NCBI GenBank assembly: GCA_963665295.1
Contig: OY762209.1
Location: 416,001 to 480,000 of the forward strand
DNA from: Syntrophorhabdaceae bacterium
GTDB taxonomy: Bacteria; Desulfobacterota; Syntrophorhabdia; Syntrophorhabdales; Syntrophorhabdaceae
Length of the DNA: 64,000 nucleotides
Direction: 5' to 3'
Position 1 is the first letter of the stretch. Every line of letters starts with the position of its first letter. Below, one piece after another: positions 10,751 through 21,421 of the stretch. The notes under the pieces were generated by a model. That model made no database searches. It had not been told where the DNA came from and saw nothing but the letters and a program-made list of their open reading frames with translations. Both the position numbers and the translations under genes were made by a program.

Positions 10751-12067
10751 TTACCTGCCTGCCTTCTTAAGCCTTCGATAGAGTGTTGCCCGGGAAATGC
10801 CAAGCGCCGCGGCGGCCTTTGCTGTATCACCTGCTACGGAATTCAGAACCTTCCGTATGTGATCGGATTCAAGATTCCCCAATTCCTGACCGGCCGCCTC
10901 CCGCGGGTGATGTGTGCCACTATTCCTGAGTCCAGGAAAGTGTTCCCTGGAGAGAGGTCCGCCTCGCGAAAGGAGAAGCGCCCTTTCAAGGACATTTCGC
11001 AGCTCACGGATATTGCCTGGCCATGGATACGCAATGAGCAACTCCATTGCATCCGGAGATATGTTGATTTGCGGCGCATTCAGCAGGTCAAGGAAATGGC
11101 TCGTAAATCCGGGAATATCTCCCGGCTGCTCTCTTAAGGGTGGAATAACAATGGGAAAAACGTAAATCCGATAGAAGAGGTCTTGGCGGAACCTGCCGGC
11201 TTCCGCCTCCTTCGTAAGGTCTTTGTTCGTTGCGCAGACGAGACGGAAATTGCTCTTCCTGATCTTGACCTCTCCGAGCCTTCGATAGCTTTTCTCCTCA
11301 ATTACCTTTAAAAGGTGCGCCTGAACGGAGAGATCCATGTCGCCGATTTCATCCAGGAAGAGGGTCCCCCCGTTGGCCACTTCTATGAGCCCCGGACGAT
11401 CCTGAACCGCCGTGGTAAAGGCGCCCCGGACATGTCCGAAGAGTTCGCTGGCTAAAAGGTCGCCTTTCAGGCTGGAACAGTTTATCTCAACAAAAGGTGC
11501 GTCCTTACGGTGACCTTGTTCGTGAATCCACCGGGCAAAGACTCCTTTTCCCGTACCCGTCTCTCCTTGAAGAAGAACCACCGATTCATTTTCTGAAGCG
11601 ACCTTTGCCAAGTCCAGTGCGTCAGTCAATGCGTTGCTGTTGCCGAAAAAAGGCCGGTCCCGCTTCAACAGCCGTTGATTTACGGATTTGGTCCTCCGTA
11701 AGGTGCCCACTTCCAGACTTTTCTTGAGAAATATGTCGAGTTCAGCCATATTCACGGGCTTGGTCAGGAAATTATCCGCTCCCCTGTGCATGGCTTCCAC
11801 TGCGGTAGGGACATCACCAATACCGGTGACCACCACTATTGCAATATCGGGTTGGGCCGTTTTCACATCGTCGATCCAGGGGAGACCGCTCCCGTCGGGA
11901 AGGTTAAGATCGAGCAACACTGCGTCAAACTGTTCGGAAGTGAGAGCATCCCTGCCTTCCGCGAGGCAGGATGCACATGCTATGTCGTAGCCGGTTTTCG
12001 AAAGGTACCTTGAAAACCCGAAGCGTATCCCGGGGTCGTCATCAATGATAAGGACGCGGTGCCTCAT
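10751..12067 (-). CDS. Sigma-54-dependent response regulator (NtrC/AtoC family)
   Basis: Receiver domain, GETGTGK, ELFGHVRGAFT, WPGNIREL, Fis HTH LGISRATLYR. Confidence 0.95.
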   Translation of the reverse strand: MRHRVLIIDDDPGIRFGFSRYLSKTGYDIACASCLAEGRDALTSEQFDAVLLDLNLPDGSGLPWIDDVKTAQPDIAIVVVTGIGDVPTAVEAMHRGADNFLTKPVNMAELDIFLKKSLEVGTLRRTKSVNQRLLKRDRPFFGNSNALTDALDLAKVASENESVVLLQGETGTGKGVFARWIHEQGHRKDAPFVEINCSSLKGDLLASELFGHVRGAFTTAVQDRPGLIEVANGGTLFLDEIGDMDLSVQAHLLKVIEEKSYRRLGEVKIRKSNFRLVCATNKDLTKEAEAGRFRQDLFYRIYVFPIVIPPLREQPGDIPGFTSHFLDLLNAPQINISPDAMELLIAYPWPGNIRELRNVLERALLLSRGGPLSREHFPGLRNSGTHHPREAAGQELGNLESDHIRKVLNSVAGDTAKAAAALGISRATLYRRLKKAGR

Positions 12068-13920
12068 TCATCCACCCCCTCGGCGACCGGCAAGGTTATC
12101 CCTATCGTGCACCCCGGGAGCGGGTTGTTATTCCATGCTCTTATTGAGCCCCCCATGCACTCCACGGAGTGCTTCACGATGGAGAGCCCAAGACCTACCC
12201 CTCCCCTGCGGGTTGTAAAAAAAGGCTCAAAGACCTTTTCCAGTTTATCGGGAGGGATGCCGGATCCCTTGTCTGTTACCTCGATCTTCACGTTATTCCC
12301 CTCAGGCTTTTTGATAGTCAGAGTAAGCTCGCTGCCCTCGGGGCTGTGCTGCGCCGCGTTCTCCAAAAGATTCAGGAATACCTGTTGAAGTCTCGCGCCG
12401 TCCACGGTGGCGCAGGCATCGCCCCCCTCGATCTCTGAAATGATCCGTGCTGCATGGGTTTCCGAAGCCTTGGTTTGTCCCCAGAGGTCAAGGGCCGCCG
12501 CACATGTCCCTGTCAGCGATTCGCGCCTGAGAAGCGAGGGCTGTATGGGTCTACCCAGTTCCAGCAAATCCTTCATCAACTCGGAAAGGCGGTTGACCTG
12601 GGCCCTGATATGCTCGAGATAAGGGTCATACTCTTCATTGCTCCCAATATCCTGAAAAAGGGCTTCCGTGATCGCGAGGATTGCATTGAGGGGGTTACGT
12701 ACCTCGTGGGCAACGCCTACGGCAAGCTGTCCCAGAACCTTCATCTCCTGAGAGTAGGCCAGTTGGGATTCAAGCCGCCTTCGTGCGCTGATATCCTCAA
12801 CGTTTACGAGAAAATAAAGTGGTTTGTCGCGGTGGTCTCTCACCAGGCCTGCGGTGATGTGGGCCCATACCGCACTTCCTTCTCTGCGTAAGCACCTCAT
12901 GTCCGTTCGATACTGGGCCATTTGACCCGATTTCAACGCCCGCGCATTTTCGAGGCTATTACCGACATCATCGGGATGGATCACATCGTGAAACCTGAGG
13001 CCCGTGAGTTCCTCCTTTGAACGGCCCGTGATACGACATAACTCGGCGTTGACACGCAGCAAGAGAAGGTCTAAGGAGATAATGGCCGCACCAATGGGCG
13101 ATTGGTCAAAACTCAGTCTGAACCGCTCCTCGCTCTCCCGGAACACTTCCTCTGCCATTTTCCGTTCCGCCACACCCCTGAATACAAGTACAGCACCGGT
13201 CACAATTCCTTTCCTGTTCCGTATGGCCGCGACGCTGTGGTCCACCGGTATCTTTCGTCCGTTCCGCACAGTGAGGGTAGAATGAATAATAGACTCTGTT
13301 CCCAGTCCTTCCACGATTGCCCGTTTCATAAAGTTCTCGGGAAGGGCCTGCAGACCTTCTTCCACGATGATGCATAAATCGTCAAACCGCCTACCAAGGG
13401 CATCTTCCTGCCTCAATCCCGTTAAAACCTCAGCCACGGGGTTCAGGAGGGTTACGATTCCCTCTACGTCTACGGCGATTACCCCTTCCCCCATGCTTCT
13501 AAGCATGGTCGAGAGCCACTCTTCCTTCTCCGCCAGCTTCTTTTCAGTTTCATGCTTGTAGAGAGCCATCTCGATGGCGGCGCAAAGCTCTCTCTCATTG
13601 AAGGGCTTCAGAATGTACCCGAAGGGTTCCGTCACCCTTGCCCGGTTGAGTGTCGCCTCGTCGGCGTAGGCGGTAAGATAGACTACGGGCAGGTCATATC
13701 GGCTCTTGATTGCTTCGGCTGTCTCTATTCCATCCATATCACCTTTCAGTTTTATGTCCATGAGAACCAGATCAGGGAGAGTTTCGGCGACCTTTTCCAA
13801 AGCCTTTACACTGGTGGAAGCTATCCCCGACACTTCGTATCCCAGATCTTTCAGTCTTCCTTCAATGTCTTTACCGACGATCCTTTCATCTTCGACAACC
13901 AGAATACGTGCTTTCCCCAT
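12064..13920 (-). CDS. Hybrid receiver-PAS-PAS histidine kinase
   Basis: Receiver ILVVEDE, two PAS domains, AHEVRNPL H-box, N/G/F boxes. Confidence 0.92.
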   Translation of the reverse strand: MGKARILVVEDERIVGKDIEGRLKDLGYEVSGIASTSVKALEKVAETLPDLVLMDIKLKGDMDGIETAEAIKSRYDLPVVYLTAYADEATLNRARVTEPFGYILKPFNERELCAAIEMALYKHETEKKLAEKEEWLSTMLRSMGEGVIAVDVEGIVTLLNPVAEVLTGLRQEDALGRRFDDLCIIVEEGLQALPENFMKRAIVEGLGTESIIHSTLTVRNGRKIPVDHSVAAIRNRKGIVTGAVLVFRGVAERKMAEEVFRESEERFRLSFDQSPIGAAIISLDLLLLRVNAELCRITGRSKEELTGLRFHDVIHPDDVGNSLENARALKSGQMAQYRTDMRCLRREGSAVWAHITAGLVRDHRDKPLYFLVNVEDISARRRLESQLAYSQEMKVLGQLAVGVAHEVRNPLNAILAITEALFQDIGSNEEYDPYLEHIRAQVNRLSELMKDLLELGRPIQPSLLRRESLTGTCAAALDLWGQTKASETHAARIISEIEGGDACATVDGARLQQVFLNLLENAAQHSPEGSELTLTIKKPEGNNVKIEVTDKGSGIPPDKLEKVFEPFFTTRRGGVGLGLSIVKHSVECMGGSIRAWNNNPLPGCTIGITLPVAEGVDE

Positions 13921-14162
13921 GTGTTCCCTTCCCGGTCGACAGTGTCTCACCTATGTATGTGCACGAAGACGCAGCCACATAATTAACTGCCCCGCAGCAG
14001 CACTGTGGGGCATGTATGATGTGTCCCATATGTGAACGATTCGCTACTATACCCGAAATAGGATAATAAATTCAATAGACGCATATAAAACCATCCGCCC
14101 TTCTCCATCTATGCCCTCTCCATCTGCCCTACAGATTTTATGCTTCTTCAATGAACCGGCGC

Positions 14163-16803
14163 TTACCGCATCGCCACCGCCTCGAAGGCAATCCTGAACT
14201 CAGTCCCCTTGTCCCTCTTAAGCTCTATCGCGCCGTCAAGTTGTTCCACCAGCGTCACCACAAGCTGCATGCCCAATGACTGGGTGTCAGTGAAGTCCAC
14301 GTCCGCCGGAAAGCCTTTGCCGTTGTCGGAGACAACAAGGACGGCATTCTTTCCTTTCATGTGGAGACTGACGGTAATCACGCCTTCCGTGCCTTCCGAA
14401 AAGGCATGCTTCAGGGCGTTCGACACCAGCTCATTAATGATGAGTCCGAGAGGTATGGCGTTGTCTACGTTGAAGGAAATGGGTTCGACGTGGAGGTTCA
14501 AGTTCACCTTCCTGCCCACTGAGTAGGTAGCAAGAAGGCCCTGCACAAGGTCATTTACATAGCCCGGGAATTGGATGCTTGCCAGATTTTTCGAGCCATA
14601 GAGTCTTTCATGAATGAGGGCCATCGATCTTATGCGGTCCATGCTTGTCTTGAACACATCTATGCCTTCAGGGTCGCTTATGTGATGAGACTGCATATTC
14701 AGGAGGCTCGATATGATCTGCAGGTTGTTCTTTACCCGGTGATGAATCTCCTTGAGGAGTGCATCCTTTTCCCCGAGAGACGTCTTGAGGGATTCTTCGG
14801 CTATTTTGCGTGCCGTGATGTCCCAGATAATGCCATTGATCCTCACCGGACGGCCCGTATTGTCTCTCACCAATCTACCTCTTGCAGTGATATGGTGGAT
14901 GCTTCCATCGAGCCAGACAGCCCGGTAGTCGGTTTCATAGGGGACATCCTGCTCTATCGTCTGAGCGAGGGCCGCTCTGACCGCATCCCTGTCATCAGGG
15001 TGAACCACTTGAAAGAACTCTTCCCCACGGCCGGTGAACATTGCCGGGTCGATCCCCAGGAGATGACAGACCTGGTCGTCAAAATAACGCTTATTCTCGA
15101 TGATGTTCCAGTGCCAGGCTCCCATGCGGGCTGACTTAAGCGCGAGATCGAGTTGTGCTTTATTCTCTCGCAGCGTCCTCTCCGTCTCGTTACGTTCGGT
15201 AATATCGAGGGCTGTCCCGATGAGTCCTCCGACGGCCCCCTGCCTGTCGGTAAAGACCGCCTTGTTGAGGATGACGTCGCGGAGGCGGCCGTGTATGTCC
15301 TTCACTTGAGCCTCGTATTGCTGTACTTCCCCGCTCTCAAGAAGCTCTTTATCTTTTAGCTGATAGAAGTCTGCAAGCTCGGGCGAAGTGAGGTCAAATA
15401 CAGTCTTGCCCACGAGTTCTTCCCTTGTTATGCCCACGAACGCCTCAAGGGCCTTGTTGGACCCCCCGGTATCGTCCATCCCTGCCCTTGTAAAACACTG
15501 GAATAGGGATGGCATCGAGCAGGGTATTCATAAAGGCTTCGCTCTCCCTGAGCGCCTCTTCGGCCCGTTTTCGGTCCGTAATGTCCCTGAAGTAAACCGA
15601 AAGACCCTCTTCAGTAGGATATGCATGGATTTCTGCCCACCTGCCGGGGATTGTGCGTGACTCCAGATCAAAGTGGAAGGGAATCTCTTCCTGGACAGGT
15701 TTTCTGAAAAGCCTTTCAAGGGCAGAGTCTTTTGAGACCCTCATGACATCCCAAAAGCTCCGGCCAATGAAATCCCCTTTCTGTTTGTCAAAAAAAAGCA
15801 GGGCCTTTTCATTTATGCGGGTGAACCGCCACTCGCGGTCGAGTTCATAATGGCAATCAGTCATACTGTTGAGAATCGAGGCTATTCTCTGTTCCGTACG
15901 CCCGAAGATATCAGCAATGAAGGTATCGACGGAGACACCCTCTGTCCGAGCCCCCCGCAGTAACGAGACCAGGGCAATAAGGAAATAGACACCGGCCAGG
16001 CATTGGGCCACTCTCCGTACCCAGCCCATCATATTGTATGTAATGGGCTGGAGGAGTGCAGCCCCCACGCACAAAGAGAGCGAAGCAAGGGCCAGGGAGT
16101 ACCAATAGAAGAATGGCGTTCGCCTCTCAATGAAGCGGATCATCATGGACGAGGACGAGATGACGAAAAGCAGCAGAGCAAGAACCAGGAGAGCTTGCCT
16201 CAGCGGTGTCGGGCCGGACCCCTGCATGAAAAACTGCGGCATAATGCCCTTCATAGCGCTGAAAGCGACAAGTGCGATGAACGCGAGAACCCCGCCAAAA
16301 CTGGTTGCGAGCAGACGGACTCTGCGCGACCGATCAGGTTCGGGATTCATTTCCATCACGTTCCTTACGATACCTATCATGTGGAATGTTGAGGAGGCGA
16401 GTGCCGACACGGTGAATATGGTCATGTTCACACTCAACCACAAAGGACTGATGAGTCTTGATATTAGAGTGCCCGTACCAAACGTCAGCACCCCGCATCC
16501 CAGGAAAAGGATGGTAGGGGAACCGTGAAGCACATAACTCCTCATGGCCACACAAAAGACAACACACAAGACCAGAAAGAAGAGTGCCGTGCCGAAGACA
16601 GGGAACAGAAGAGGCGGCTCAGTCAGGGTAACCGGCTGAGTGGGGGAATCAAGGTACAGAGCAAACATGAGGGCAAGACCAAGGGGGAGCGGGAGGAAAG
16701 CGAGGGTGAGCACACTGCATGCCCTTCGCTTAGGCCCATTCTTGATACCCCTGCCTGCGGGGAACGTGCCGATCCTGGATCCTCCCCGGAATTGCGATTG
16801 CAT
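14163..16803 (-). pseudogene. Membrane PAS histidine kinase (HisKA_2 type) split by a frameshift
   Basis: TM-rich PAS ORF 15445-16803 continues into the [20 protein letters not shown] 14163-15515 if one G is removed from the G6 tract at 15462-15467. Confidence 0.8.
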
Positions 16804-17155
16804 ATAATCCGTTTATGGGTGATGTATCAGCTACTAGTCTATCAAATCGTCTGCTCTTTGTATACAATAAACCAACTGCTTGTTATCCCGCTGCTGCGGA
16901 GTTCGTCTTTGCTTCTGCCTGGTCAGCAATCTTCAATGAATCGGTGCTCGCAGGCCCCGCCTAAAAGACAAGCCTGAACTCCGTATCCGCGCTCCTATCA
17001 ACCTCCATGATACCGGAGTTTCCCCAGTTTTTTCCTCCCATAAGCCCTAATCCCTTGCCACGCCGTAGTAGAGAGCATTTGATCAACAAAAAGTTTCCTG
17101 ACTTTTTGATACGTTTCTGACATGAAGGCTTATAAATACAAGAGTTGGAGACGTC

Positions 17156-17274
17156 ATGGCCGAAAACTCCCGGACTGTAGCGGTTCTTAAGGGACAGATA
17201 TCAAAATTCTCCGGAATCATTTCACAGGGCCTTTTCAAACCGAAGCGCAGGCTCGTAAAGGAAATCATTTACGG
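17156..17274 (+). pseudogene. IS4-like transposase remnant, 5' part (interrupted by the prophage)
   Basis: MAENSRTVAVLKGQISKFSGIISQGLFKPKRRLVKEIIYG continues in frame at 58537 as IQAAKDIRLSNIARVLNESIPL. Confidence 0.7.
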
Positions 17275-17280
17275 AAGGAA

Positions 17281-17438
17281 GTTGCAGCATGGGTGTTAGG
17301 GTTTAGAGATTTGCGCGATTTGGCGGGAAGGGGCGGGAATTAGTGGGATATTCCGGGATTTGGGGGTGTTAGATTTGCAATTGTCGCCTTTCAGGGAAAA
17401 TGCAAAATATAGGGGGAAAATTGCAGGTTGATGTTAGA
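17281..17438 (+). promoter_or_regulatory. Left-end putative transposase-binding sites
   Basis: GGGTGTTAG at 17291 and 17364, TTGCAGGTTGATGTTAGA at 17421; inverted counterpart at the right end. Confidence 0.6.
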
Positions 17439-17459
17439 AATTTAATGGTGTCGGAATGC

Positions 17460-17795
17460 CTACTCCACGGCGTCGAATGACGCCCCAGGGTTGGGATGTG
17501 ACGCCTTCATTCTTTCGAGAATGGCAAGATGGGTCTCATAATCCTCTCGATCCTTTGACGTCTTTATGATCCCGGAAGCATAGGCATTGATCGTATAACA
17601 CAACCGCATACTGTTTCGGGAAAAAGCATTCCTTGCCAATATACCGAGGAATTTCACGACTCCCGCTGAAGACCACTCGACATTCTTCTCAAACAGGTCA
17701 TCCTCGCCATAAATAGCCACGATTTCTTGTTGATCCTCAGCACTCAACGAAACAAACCAGTCCTTAATCCCGTAAAAATCCAGCAATCCCGACAT
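17460..17795 (-). CDS. Hypothetical accessory protein
   Basis: ORF in the same orientation as the repressor, lower GC. Confidence 0.55.
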   Translation of the reverse strand: MSGLLDFYGIKDWFVSLSAEDQQEIVAIYGEDDLFEKNVEWSSAGVVKFLGILARNAFSRNSMRLCYTINAYASGIIKTSKDREDYETHLAILERMKASHPNPGASFDAVE

Positions 17796-17893
17796 ATCGT
17801 CACTCCACAACGTCGCGTGACACCATGGGGAGTTTATCACTGTCGGCGCTTATAGATATAGGCTCATCCACGTATAGAGTCAGTGCCGAGGTA

Positions 17894-18430
17894 TCAATTA
17901 CATTCATTTTTCTTTGGCAAGAATTGCTTCCAATATTTATGTGAGGGAGAATATGCCTTAGGGTGCTCGGAATATACCGGATCGCAGTCAAGCCTTACGT
18001 TAAATGAGGAGACGATATCAATCTGATCCTTTCTCACTTTAACAATACCCTTACCTTCAGACAGGCTCAGCTTGTCTATTGAAGCTATTGGGAAAATACT
18101 AAAGAACGGGTTGCGAGTTCTCGAATATATAGTATCCTCGTTAGTGGTACTAAATTGTCCGGATGCCGAGCATTGTATCTTTGTAGTATAACAGCTTTTT
18201 ATTTTTACGGAGGATTCGTAGATATCCCAATATTCATCAGAACCAATCTTCGCAAAGGTAACTTCAACTATCTTTACTCCTGGATCTTTCTTCCATGTAG
18301 CTCTATTGAGTATTTGCATTGTTTTGGCATCATTAGGTTCTGTCGTCGCGGACTGGGCCGAGCAGACACAGATATTTCCTAATAAAATGCACAATCCGAG
18401 AAAGACCGCAAACAGATATGATTGCCTCAC
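17894..18430 (-). CDS. Exported accessory (moron-like) protein
   Basis: Signal-peptide-like N-terminus MRQSYLFAVFLGLCILLGNICVCSA; AT-rich; GAGG RBS. Confidence 0.65.
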   Translation of the reverse strand: MRQSYLFAVFLGLCILLGNICVCSAQSATTEPNDAKTMQILNRATWKKDPGVKIVEVTFAKIGSDEYWDIYESSVKIKSCYTTKIQCSASGQFSTTNEDTIYSRTRNPFFSIFPIASIDKLSLSEGKGIVKVRKDQIDIVSSFNVRLDCDPVYSEHPKAYSPSHKYWKQFLPKKNECN

Positions 18431-18631
18431 ATTTACACCTCATTCAATAAATAAGTTTATCTCCAAACTCCTTGAACAGCAGACCTAAACTCACCGGCCA
18501 GACATAGAACAAACCCCATCCACCAGGCATCATTAACGTAAAATCCCTCACATACGCGAGGGATTCAATATATAAGGCCCGGTCCGTCGTGTAGATCGTG
18601 ACGTATTCCTCCGGCGCTCTATTTCCCCCCT

Positions 18632-19255
18632 CTAATATTTCCCATTTTGCCCACCCGCGCGTTTCTTCTCCCCCTTCGATTCCTTCGGTTTGAGATCGTT
18701 CGCACCGCCCTGGGCAAAAGCGTCCTTGAGCAGCCGTTTTATCGCAGCCATATCTCGCTCCAGGTCTCCAACTTGACGGCGCAGCCCTGTGTTCTCGTCT
18801 CTGAGAGTGTCTATTTCTGTGGACATTCGGACCATTTCCTCGAACATCAGAGCATTCTGGGTCAATGCCAACTTTACCCCTCTATGTTTGCTCTCCATTA
18901 CGGTGTTAACCGCTTTGACAACGGCATCAGGGTCTTCTTCTGCCGTAATTTTTTGTGTTCCATCGGGTGTTCCGGCGTCATATCTGACCTCGGGACCATC
19001 GAATGCTATTGTATCTTGATAGTCCGATGGTTGTTGTTCTTTGTACATCGGCCCTTCACCGGTGGCAAGCCATAAGACACTCACACTTGCCGCATTAGCA
19101 AGAGCTATAAGTCTATCGCGGCTGGGCTCTGTCTCTCCTTTCGAGTAATGAGCAATCATCCTGCCAGATGTCCCGGTACGACGCCCCAATTCCTCCGCGC
19201 CCCCCACTATCTCTGCTAATTTCTTGACTCTATCCCCGAAAGATTTGTCAGCCAT
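18632..19255 (-). CDS. Prophage repressor (XRE HTH with coiled-coil C-terminus)
   Basis: GGAEELGRRTGTS...EPSRDRLIALANAASVSVLWLATGEG; GAGG RBS before ATG 19255; divergent from ner. Confidence 0.85.
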   Translation of the reverse strand: MADKSFGDRVKKLAEIVGGAEELGRRTGTSGRMIAHYSKGETEPSRDRLIALANAASVSVLWLATGEGPMYKEQQPSDYQDTIAFDGPEVRYDAGTPDGTQKITAEEDPDAVVKAVNTVMESKHRGVKLALTQNALMFEEMVRMSTEIDTLRDENTGLRRQVGDLERDMAAIKRLLKDAFAQGGANDLKPKESKGEKKRAGGQNGKY

Positions 19256-19268
19256 ATCTTTCCTCACG

Positions 19269-19402
19269 GTTCCAAGTTTCAGCCTGGAACTTGGAACCAA
19301 ACTTGGAACCTACGCCGGTTAGTTCCAAGTTGCGGTATCTTATTGACATAAAAGACAAAAATGACCGACAGGATATATCTGGCATTAGCGGGAACTTGGA
19401 AC
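19269..19402. promoter_or_regulatory. Operator array: five copies of AACTTGGAAC
   Basis: Forward at 19288, 19300, 19393; reverse (GTTCCAAGTT) at 19269, 19322; between repressor and ner. Confidence 0.75.
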
Positions 19403-19415
19403 TGATAAATTCTTC

Positions 19416-19445
19416 TTGACAAATATATCCTACCCCTTTTATACT
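19416..19445 (+). promoter_or_regulatory. Early promoter (sigma70 type), probably leaderless ner mRNA
   Basis: TTGACA (19416)-18 bp-TATACT (19440); ATG 7 nt after the -10 box, no RBS. Confidence 0.7.
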
Positions 19446-19452
19446 CCTAACT

Positions 19453-19677
19453 ATGGATATCAAGTTAACCCCACCAGCAAAAATAAAAGGGCTCCTCAGG
19501 GACCGCAAAACTTCGGCTGCCGCCATCGGGCGGAAGTTGGGCGTTTCGCGGGTATATGTGCACCTCGTCGTCTCCGGCGTGAAGCCGGGAAAAAAGGTGC
19601 GCGAGTTCATTTGCAGGGAATACGGCGTCCCGGACACTTTCTGGGTCGAGATGGACGCCTGGAGAAAAGCAGCATAA
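19453..19677 (+). CDS. Ner/Cro-like HTH regulator
   Basis: 74 aa, IKGLL...AAIGRKLGVSRVYVHLVVSG; first early gene. Confidence 0.85.
   Translation: MDIKLTPPAKIKGLLRDRKTSAAAIGRKLGVSRVYVHLVVSGVKPGKKVREFICREYGVPDTFWVEMDAWRKAA
19630..19675 (+). repeat. 46-bp direct repeat A, copy 1 (copy 2 at 20452-20497)
   Basis: 44/46 identical; encodes PDTFxxEMDAWRKAA in both copies. Confidence 0.9.
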
Positions 19678-19689
19678 AAGGAGGAAAGC

Positions 19690-19971
19690 ATGTCTCGAAC
19701 TTCAAAAAAACCAATCTTAGGACAATGGGGAGAAGGAGAAATTGACCTAAACAACCGGGTTTCAATACCGGGGTTCACTTTAGAAATTCTCCGCGAGGAG
19801 CCTATGGCAGGACAACGCGTCATTGTCATGCTGGGCGGCAAAAAAGGGATTCGCCGGATCGTCACGGAGCATTCACTTCGCCGGTGCACTTTCCCTCCCC
19901 ATTACGATTGGCTTCCATTCAAAATACTGGATAGGCTGAGCGCTGAAAATAGTCAGACCGTTGAGGGATAG
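19690..19971 (+). CDS. Hypothetical protein
   Basis: AAGGAGG RBS; 93 aa. Confidence 0.6.
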   Translation: MSRTSKKPILGQWGEGEIDLNNRVSIPGFTLEILREEPMAGQRVIVMLGGKKGIRRIVTEHSLRRCTFPPHYDWLPFKILDRLSAENSQTVEG

Positions 19972-20415
19972 TCGATGAGACTCTTTATTGAACAGCAAGA
20001 GAGCTTCAAAAAATCGCCGCGTGGTGTCGGGGTGGGGGCGAACTTTCCCACAACGGGAACAGAAAAACCCATCAATATTCTTGAGCAGGTCCCGCGCGAG
20101 GTCAGCTTTAATAACGGTATAAAAGGAACAGCACGCCGTGTAAAAGCCGACCTCGTTCACCTTGAAATAACGGGCGCGATCCGAAGTAGTGAAACCCCGG
20201 ATCGGAAAATCCTCCCGCGCCATCTGATCGGACGCGATGCGGAGCGCGATCCCCGCCTCCAGGAATCGGGAGGGTGCCGCTCTGCGTCTACGATATCCAC
20301 ACCCGCGGCATACAACATCACTATCTTGCATGTTGGCGCGGTCATTGACAGGACGAACGTCTATCCAGGTCTCTTTGCCACACATCCCGCACCTGAATTT
20401 GAAGAGGGTAAACAT
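19873..20415 (-). CDS. Antisense multi-CxxC (Zn-ribbon) protein, cassette 1
   Basis: CGMC, CRGC, CC, CSRC motifs; AGGGA RBS before ATG 20415. Confidence 0.55.
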   Translation of the reverse strand: MFTLFKFRCGMCGKETWIDVRPVNDRANMQDSDVVCRGCGYRRRRAAPSRFLEAGIALRIASDQMAREDFPIRGFTTSDRARYFKVNEVGFYTACCSFYTVIKADLARDLLKNIDGFFCSRCGKVRPHPDTTRRFFEALLLFNKESHRLSLNGLTIFSAQPIQYFEWKPIVMGRESAPAK

Positions 20416-20565
20416 TATTCCCTGCCATCCGTTACAGAAAAATTGAATCTGCCGGACACTTTCCGGGCCGAGATGGACGCCTGGAGAAAAGCAGCATGAG
20501 AAACGCGATCGGAAATAAACCTCATTGTCATAGGGTAATTGTATCAAACGTGAAGGGGGTCGTCA

Positions 20566-21039
20566 ATGTCAAAACGAAAGCCGGTAATTGACGAGAGACA
20601 GGGGGTCCTCGACTTTATGAAACCGCAAAAAGTAGACACGCACGGTCTCGGGATCAGGATCAGGCAGGCCATGAGTGAGGCTATCAGAAAGTCAGGCATG
20701 GACCGCAAGGACATATGCACCGAGATATACAAGCGGACAGGGCTCGACTTCACGAAGGCGAGCCTCGATGAATGGACGGCCGAATGCAGAGACAGGTCGT
20801 GCTGCAACGTGAGCGAGGACACAAAACGGAGTTGGGGTATACCCGGAGAGGTAATCCCCGCGTTTTGCGATGTCACCGGAGACTATGAAATCCTCTATCT
20901 GATCAGCGGCGCGGCGAACCACAAGGCCATGCGAGGAAAAGAGGTGGTGCACGCGAAGATCGGGCAGCTTAAAGAGAAGATCACCCGGGATCAGCAGGAA
21001 CTCAAGGAACTCGAAAAAGCACTACTGGAGGGAAAATGA
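20566..21039 (+). CDS. Phage early regulatory protein (CII-like HTH)
   Basis: SEAIRKSGMDRKDI...KASLDEWTAE...IPAFCDVTG. Confidence 0.65.
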   Translation: MSKRKPVIDERQGVLDFMKPQKVDTHGLGIRIRQAMSEAIRKSGMDRKDICTEIYKRTGLDFTKASLDEWTAECRDRSCCNVSEDTKRSWGIPGEVIPAFCDVTGDYEILYLISGAANHKAMRGKEVVHAKIGQLKEKITRDQQELKELEKALLEGK

Positions 21040-21043
21040 AGAC
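20988..21043 (+). repeat. 56-bp direct repeat B, copy 1 (copy 2 at 21476-21531)
   Basis: 54/56 identical; 3' end of the CII-like gene plus the next start ATGAAGAC. Confidence 0.9.
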
Positions 21044-21197
21044 AAACGAATGCACCCTGCTCAGATCGAGAACAGAAAATGACGTTTATGCAGTTTTAAT
21101 TGATGCCATGGCCGCCCCGGCAGCGTGGTTTTCATGCCTGCACTGCGCTATGCAATGGGCTATTGAAAGGGCACCTTCAGGCTATAAAATAGCCCGG

Positions 21198-21386
21198 CTA
21201 GTGGACCCCCAACTTATCGGCGATCTTCTTGACAAAATTGCCGATGTTGAAATAGTCCATGGCTCCCACAACGCCCCCACAGGAGGAGCACTGTACAAAC
21301 ATGAGCTTGAAGTTTGAGTGTGCGGGGGTGACTTCTTTAATTTCAAAACTGGTGCTGCCGCATTTGAGGCACGTTGAAGTTGCCAT
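21198..21386 (-). CDS. Antisense Zn-ribbon microprotein, cassette 2
   Basis: CLKCG...CSSCG, 62 aa; AAGGAG RBS. Confidence 0.7.
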   Translation of the reverse strand: MATSTCLKCGSTSFEIKEVTPAHSNFKLMFVQCSSCGGVVGAMDYFNIGNFVKKIADKLGVH

Positions 21387-21421
21387 AAATAAACGCTCCT
21401 TTTTTAAGAGTAATTTTATCC

